Assembly: GCF_001194135.2 (NCBI RefSeq)
Contig: NC_068989.1
Span: forward strand, 15,176,653-15,215,611
DNA length: 38,959 nt
Reading direction: 5' to 3'
Source: Octopus bimaculoides
Lineage: Eukaryota
The notes beneath the pieces were generated by a model. That model did no database searches and was not told the origin of the DNA. It saw only the letters and a program-made list of their open reading frames with translations. The stretch's first letter is position 1; every line of letters starts with the position of its first letter. Below, in pieces: positions 35,048 to 38,959 of the stretch. The position numbers and the translations under genes were made by a program.

Positions 35048-35907
35048 AAATATACTAAACAAGTGATCTAGATTAGGCGTGAGCTACCTTTTTTCTGGAG
35101 GAAAAAAAAAAAAAAAAAAAAAAAANNNNNNNNNNNNNNNNNNNNNNNNNNNNNNNNNNNNNNNNNNNNNNNNNNNNNNNNNNNNNNNNNNNNNNNNNNN
35201 NNNNNNNNNNNNNNNNNNNNNNNNNNNNNNNNNNNNNNNNNNNNNNNNNNNNNNNNNNNNNNNNNNNNNNNNNNNNNNNNNNNNNNNNNNNNNNNNNNNN
35301 NNNNNNNNNNNNNNNNNNNNNNNNNNNNNNNNNNNNNNNNNNNNNNNNNNNNNNNNNNNNNNNNNNNNNNNNNNNNNNNNNNNNNNNNNNNNNNNNNNNN
35401 NNNNNNNNNNNNNNNNNNNNNNNNNNNNNNNNNNNNNNNNNNNNNNNNNNNNNNNNNNNNNNNNNNNNNNNNNNNNNNNNNNNNNNNNNNNATATATATA
35501 TAATCATATCAAAGGGAAATGGAAATTAATAAAAATTTTCACTTCCAAGTGGCCTAGTGTATAAAAATTTAGTCCAAAGACTTCGTTCCTTTCGGGATTT
35601 TATCCCTAATTTTGTGGTTCTAGAACCTAGCAGTTCTTTCTAGCGTAAGGGATCCCATGAGTGGATTCCTCTTACGTATTTAAATATACACTGTACCTAT
35701 ATATGTATGTATGTATATAAAACCTACTTACCAGATCAAATTTGCAATACTCCAGTCAACTTTTGCAGAAAGTGGTCCCTCTATAGTTGCACCATCTTTA
35801 GTCACAGACACAATTTCAAACTAATTCAAGAATAAAGTAAAAGAACAACATCAGTAAATTCAATCTAAAACCTTTTACATTTGAAATATTTATTGTGAAA
35901 TACTTAA

Positions 35908-36475
35908 TCCTTTAGCATTCAGCTTACTTCATCAAATGTAATACTTATTTACTCTCTCTCTTTTGCTTGTTTCAGTCATTTGACTGCAGCCATGCTGGAG
36001 CACCGCCTTTAGTCGTACAAATCGACCCCAGGACTTATTCTTTGTAAGCCTAGTACTTATTCTATCGGTCTCTTTTGCCGAAGAACTGCTAAGTTACAGG
36101 GACGTAAACACACCAGCATTGGTTGTCAAGCGATGTTGGGGGGACAAACACAGACACACAAACACATATATATATATACATATATATGATGGGTTTCTTT
36201 CAGTTTCTGTCTACCAAATCCACTCACAAGGCTTTGGTCGGCCCGAGGCTTGCCATGCAATGGGACTGAACCGAGAACCATGTGGTTGGTAAGCAAGCTA
36301 CTTACCACACAGCCACAAAGTTAATCCTGTATTATCTTGTAGCTTTGAGATTTCGAAGTTATGAGTGTTAGTTTTCTAGAATAACATTGTAGAGTAGATA
36401 ACGAAAAGCTGGATCTGGCCACTTTGAAGATAAAACATGTAGAACAACTGATATGGTCAGTTTAAATGCTAAGGG
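35908..36475. mobile_element. Probable piggyBac-type MITE with a nested SINE (about 35950-36317)
   Basis: Left end ttaa|tcctttagcatt and right end aatgctaaggg|tcaa are imperfect short TIRs with TTAA-like flanks. Confidence 0.45.
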
Positions 36476-36734
36476 TCAAGCATAAGGAACAACAACCAGA
36501 GAAAGCTACTCTTTTTAGTAATACTTCTTGATCTTCAGAAACAACGTATTTTACAAGACGTTTCTAGATTCAAAATAGTTTGATCATGTTATTCAAGCCA
36601 TGTCAGACTGGAGCCTGCTAGTTCTCCAGCTTACCAGTCCCAGGCAAACCATCTAACCTGTGTCAGCATGGAAAACGGATGCTAAATGATGATGACCATT
36701 TCATTTCCATGTTGATGTTATGGGCAGCTGTATG

Positions 36735-37472
36735 AATTTACCATTTATATTTTGTACCATCCTGAGCGTGACCGTTGCCAGTACCGCCTGACTGGCCTTG
36801 TAGGGTTTTCGAGCGAGATCGTTGCCAGTGCCCCTGGACTGGCTCTTGTGCGGGTGGCACATAAAAGACACCATTTCGAGCGTGGCATGTAAAAAGTACC
36901 CACGACACTCTCTGAGTGGTTGGCGTTAGGAAGGGCATCCAGCTGTAGAAACTCTGCCAAATTAGATTGGAGCCTGGTGTTGCCATCCGGTTTCACCAGT
37001 CTTCAGTCAAATTGTCCAACCCATGCTAGCATGGAAAGCGGACGTTAAACGATGATGATGATGATGATGATATTAGCAGTGCCAGTGGAGCACTAACAGC
37101 ACCGTCCGAGTGTGATCATTGCCAGAGCAGCTGTCTGGCTTCCGTGCTAGTGGCATGTAAATAGCACCATTTGAGTGTGTTCGTTACCAGTGCCGCTGGA
37201 CTGGCTCCTGTGCAGGTAGCACGTATAAAACACCATTTTGAGCGTGGCCGTTGCCAATACCGCGTGACTGGCCCTCGTACCAGTGGCATGTAAAAGCACC
37301 CACTACACTCTCAGAGTGGTTAACGTTAGGAAGGGCAACCAGCTGTAGAAACTCTACCAGATCAGACTGGAGCCTGGTGCAGCCATCCGGTTCACTAGTC
37401 CTCAGTCAAATCGTCCAACCCATGCTAGCATGGAAAGCGGACGTTAAATGATGATGATGATGATGATGATGA
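36735..37472 (+). mobile_element. Two tandem RTE LINE 3' copies, each ending in (ATG)n
   Basis: Tails at about 37050-37072 and 37448-37472. Confidence 0.78.
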
Positions 37473-38189
37473 TATATTTTTATATAATCTGCTGTAATTC
37501 TTAACATCTTATGTTTTCTTCCATAGGGAAACATATTGTGCTACTTGGCATTATATTCTGACAGTTTAAGTGACAGAACCTAAGTATGGTTTCTAAAACA
37601 ACAATTCTTCATCTTAACAAATCACTTCAATAATTTGTTAAAAAGAAATATATATTTTTCAAAGTTATTTTTGGATAGTAAATTTCGTTAACAATGAAGT
37701 ACTGCTTCAAAAAGCAGTTTTTATAATAGTAAATGAAAACTGTTCTTAACTATAAGAATACTAACAAACAAAACAGCTGTTTACCTTGTTAAGGGAACGA
37801 GCATCTCGGTAAAACAGAATTTTCATAGCTTTCATTATAAGAGTTTTGGCCTCACTCATTGACATGTCTGGGTTTTTCTCAAGAGCATCTCTTAATATAG
37901 GCTGCAACATAATTCAGATAGGTTATTAGGGTTAGTCCTTACAACTTTAACAAATAAAACTTTGGAAATTTGAGACAAAGATTAAAACTAAATTTAAAAG
38001 CAAAGTCAAACTTACACGAGCCAAATAAGCCCCAAAGCCAGTAGCTAGAGTGTCAGATGTATATGCTATGCCAATTTTGTCAACATAACCAAGGAATCTG
38101 TAAGCAGATAATACAAAGATGTTATAAGTTGAAGCAATTAATTCTACGAAGCTAACTGAAATACTGAATAATAAGAATAATAATAATAG

Positions 38190-38566
38190 TGAAGTTGCTA
38201 ATTGATCCATCATATATGTTTGATTCCAGGATCATAAAGAAAGAAGATGAAAAAAATATAATCCCTTTAAATTTGAAATTGCAAGAATTTGAAATATGAA
38301 AACTGTAAAGGTTGTGAATATAATAATTGGTGCCTTGGGAAATGTAAGTAAAGATGCAGACAAATGGTTGAAGGAGATTGAAATAGAATATCCTGTAGTT
38401 TCTACATTGATTCTTAGGGACAGGAAGGATTAACAAGAGGGTTCTAAGCACTTGAAAGACTATTCAAAGCTAACGGATACCTAAGGTTACAGCTAATACA
38501 CCACCATCCACATAAATCCAGCCAGGGATAAGACCAAGCTTGAGTCAAATCAATAATAATAATAAT
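38190..38566 (+). mobile_element. Degenerate 3' end of an RLE-type (R4/Dong-like) non-LTR retrotransposon with (TAA)n tail
   Basis: LLIDPSYMFDSRIIKKEDEK / KYNPFKFEIARI*NMKTVKVVNIIIGALGNVSKDADKWL resembles the restriction-like endonuclease C-terminus. (TAA)n on both sides. Confidence 0.6.
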
Positions 38567-38779
38567 CCTTTCTATATATAGGCACAAGGCCTGAAATTTT
38601 GTAGGAGGGGTTAAGTCAATTACATCAACCCCAGTGTTTCACTGGTACATAATTTATCGATCTTGAAAGGATGAAAGGCAAAGTCGACCTCAGCAGAATT
38701 TGAACTCAGAACGCAGTGGCAGACGAAATACCACTAAGCATTTTTCCCAACGTGCTAATGATTCTGCCAGCTCGCCACC

Positions 38780-38780
<1 letters not shown>
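38567..38780 (-). mobile_element. Same SINE head, tail type B, inserted in a (TAA)n array
   Basis: Head gtggcgagctggcagaa on the - strand; (TAA)n on both sides. A related copy lies at about 16600-16815. Confidence 0.8.
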
Positions 38781-38817
<37 letters not shown>

Positions 38818-38959
38818 CACCAACTCCATGTTCCCTGTTAGCATGGGTTGGACAGTTTGACAGGATCCAACGAGCTGGAGGACTGCACTGAGCTCCAATG
38901 CCTGCTTTTGAAGGATGCAGTGCTCCGACAACTAACAACTGATGCTGGCAGTTTGTTCC

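Noticed and set aside
1-38959. CRISPR array or prokaryotic defence system
   Set aside because: This is spliced eukaryotic DNA; the repeated modules are irregularly spaced LINE 3'UTR units without unique spacers or cas genes.

Overview
This is AT-rich metazoan genomic DNA dense in SINEs and LINEs; the repeat repertoire suggests an octopus or other coleoid cephalopod (inference). Two multi-exon genes sit head-to-head with only 268 nt between their start codons. On the - strand is RAD9 (9-1-1 checkpoint clamp): 12 exons traced by hand from 22402 to 3392, all GT-AG with consistent phases, giving 434 codons; the terminal exon is unresolved. On the + strand is VPS29 (retromer): 4 coding exons, 22671-31281, giving a complete 182-aa protein whose first coding exon is ATG alone. 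Human RAD9B and VPS29 have the same divergent arrangement, so this looks like ancient microsynteny around a bidirectional promoter. The introns contain a processed 5S rRNA pseudogene in a nested SINE cluster, several tRNA-derived SINE families (one head with four different tails), RTE and RLE-type LINE remnants, and two fold-back MITE-like elements, one with inward TTAGGG-like repeats and an 8-bp target-site duplication (TSD). Inverted repeat pairs closely flank VPS29 exon 2 and RAD9 exon 3. Most ORFs in the supplied track are artefacts of repeats or N gaps. No CRISPR array or other prokaryotic system is present.
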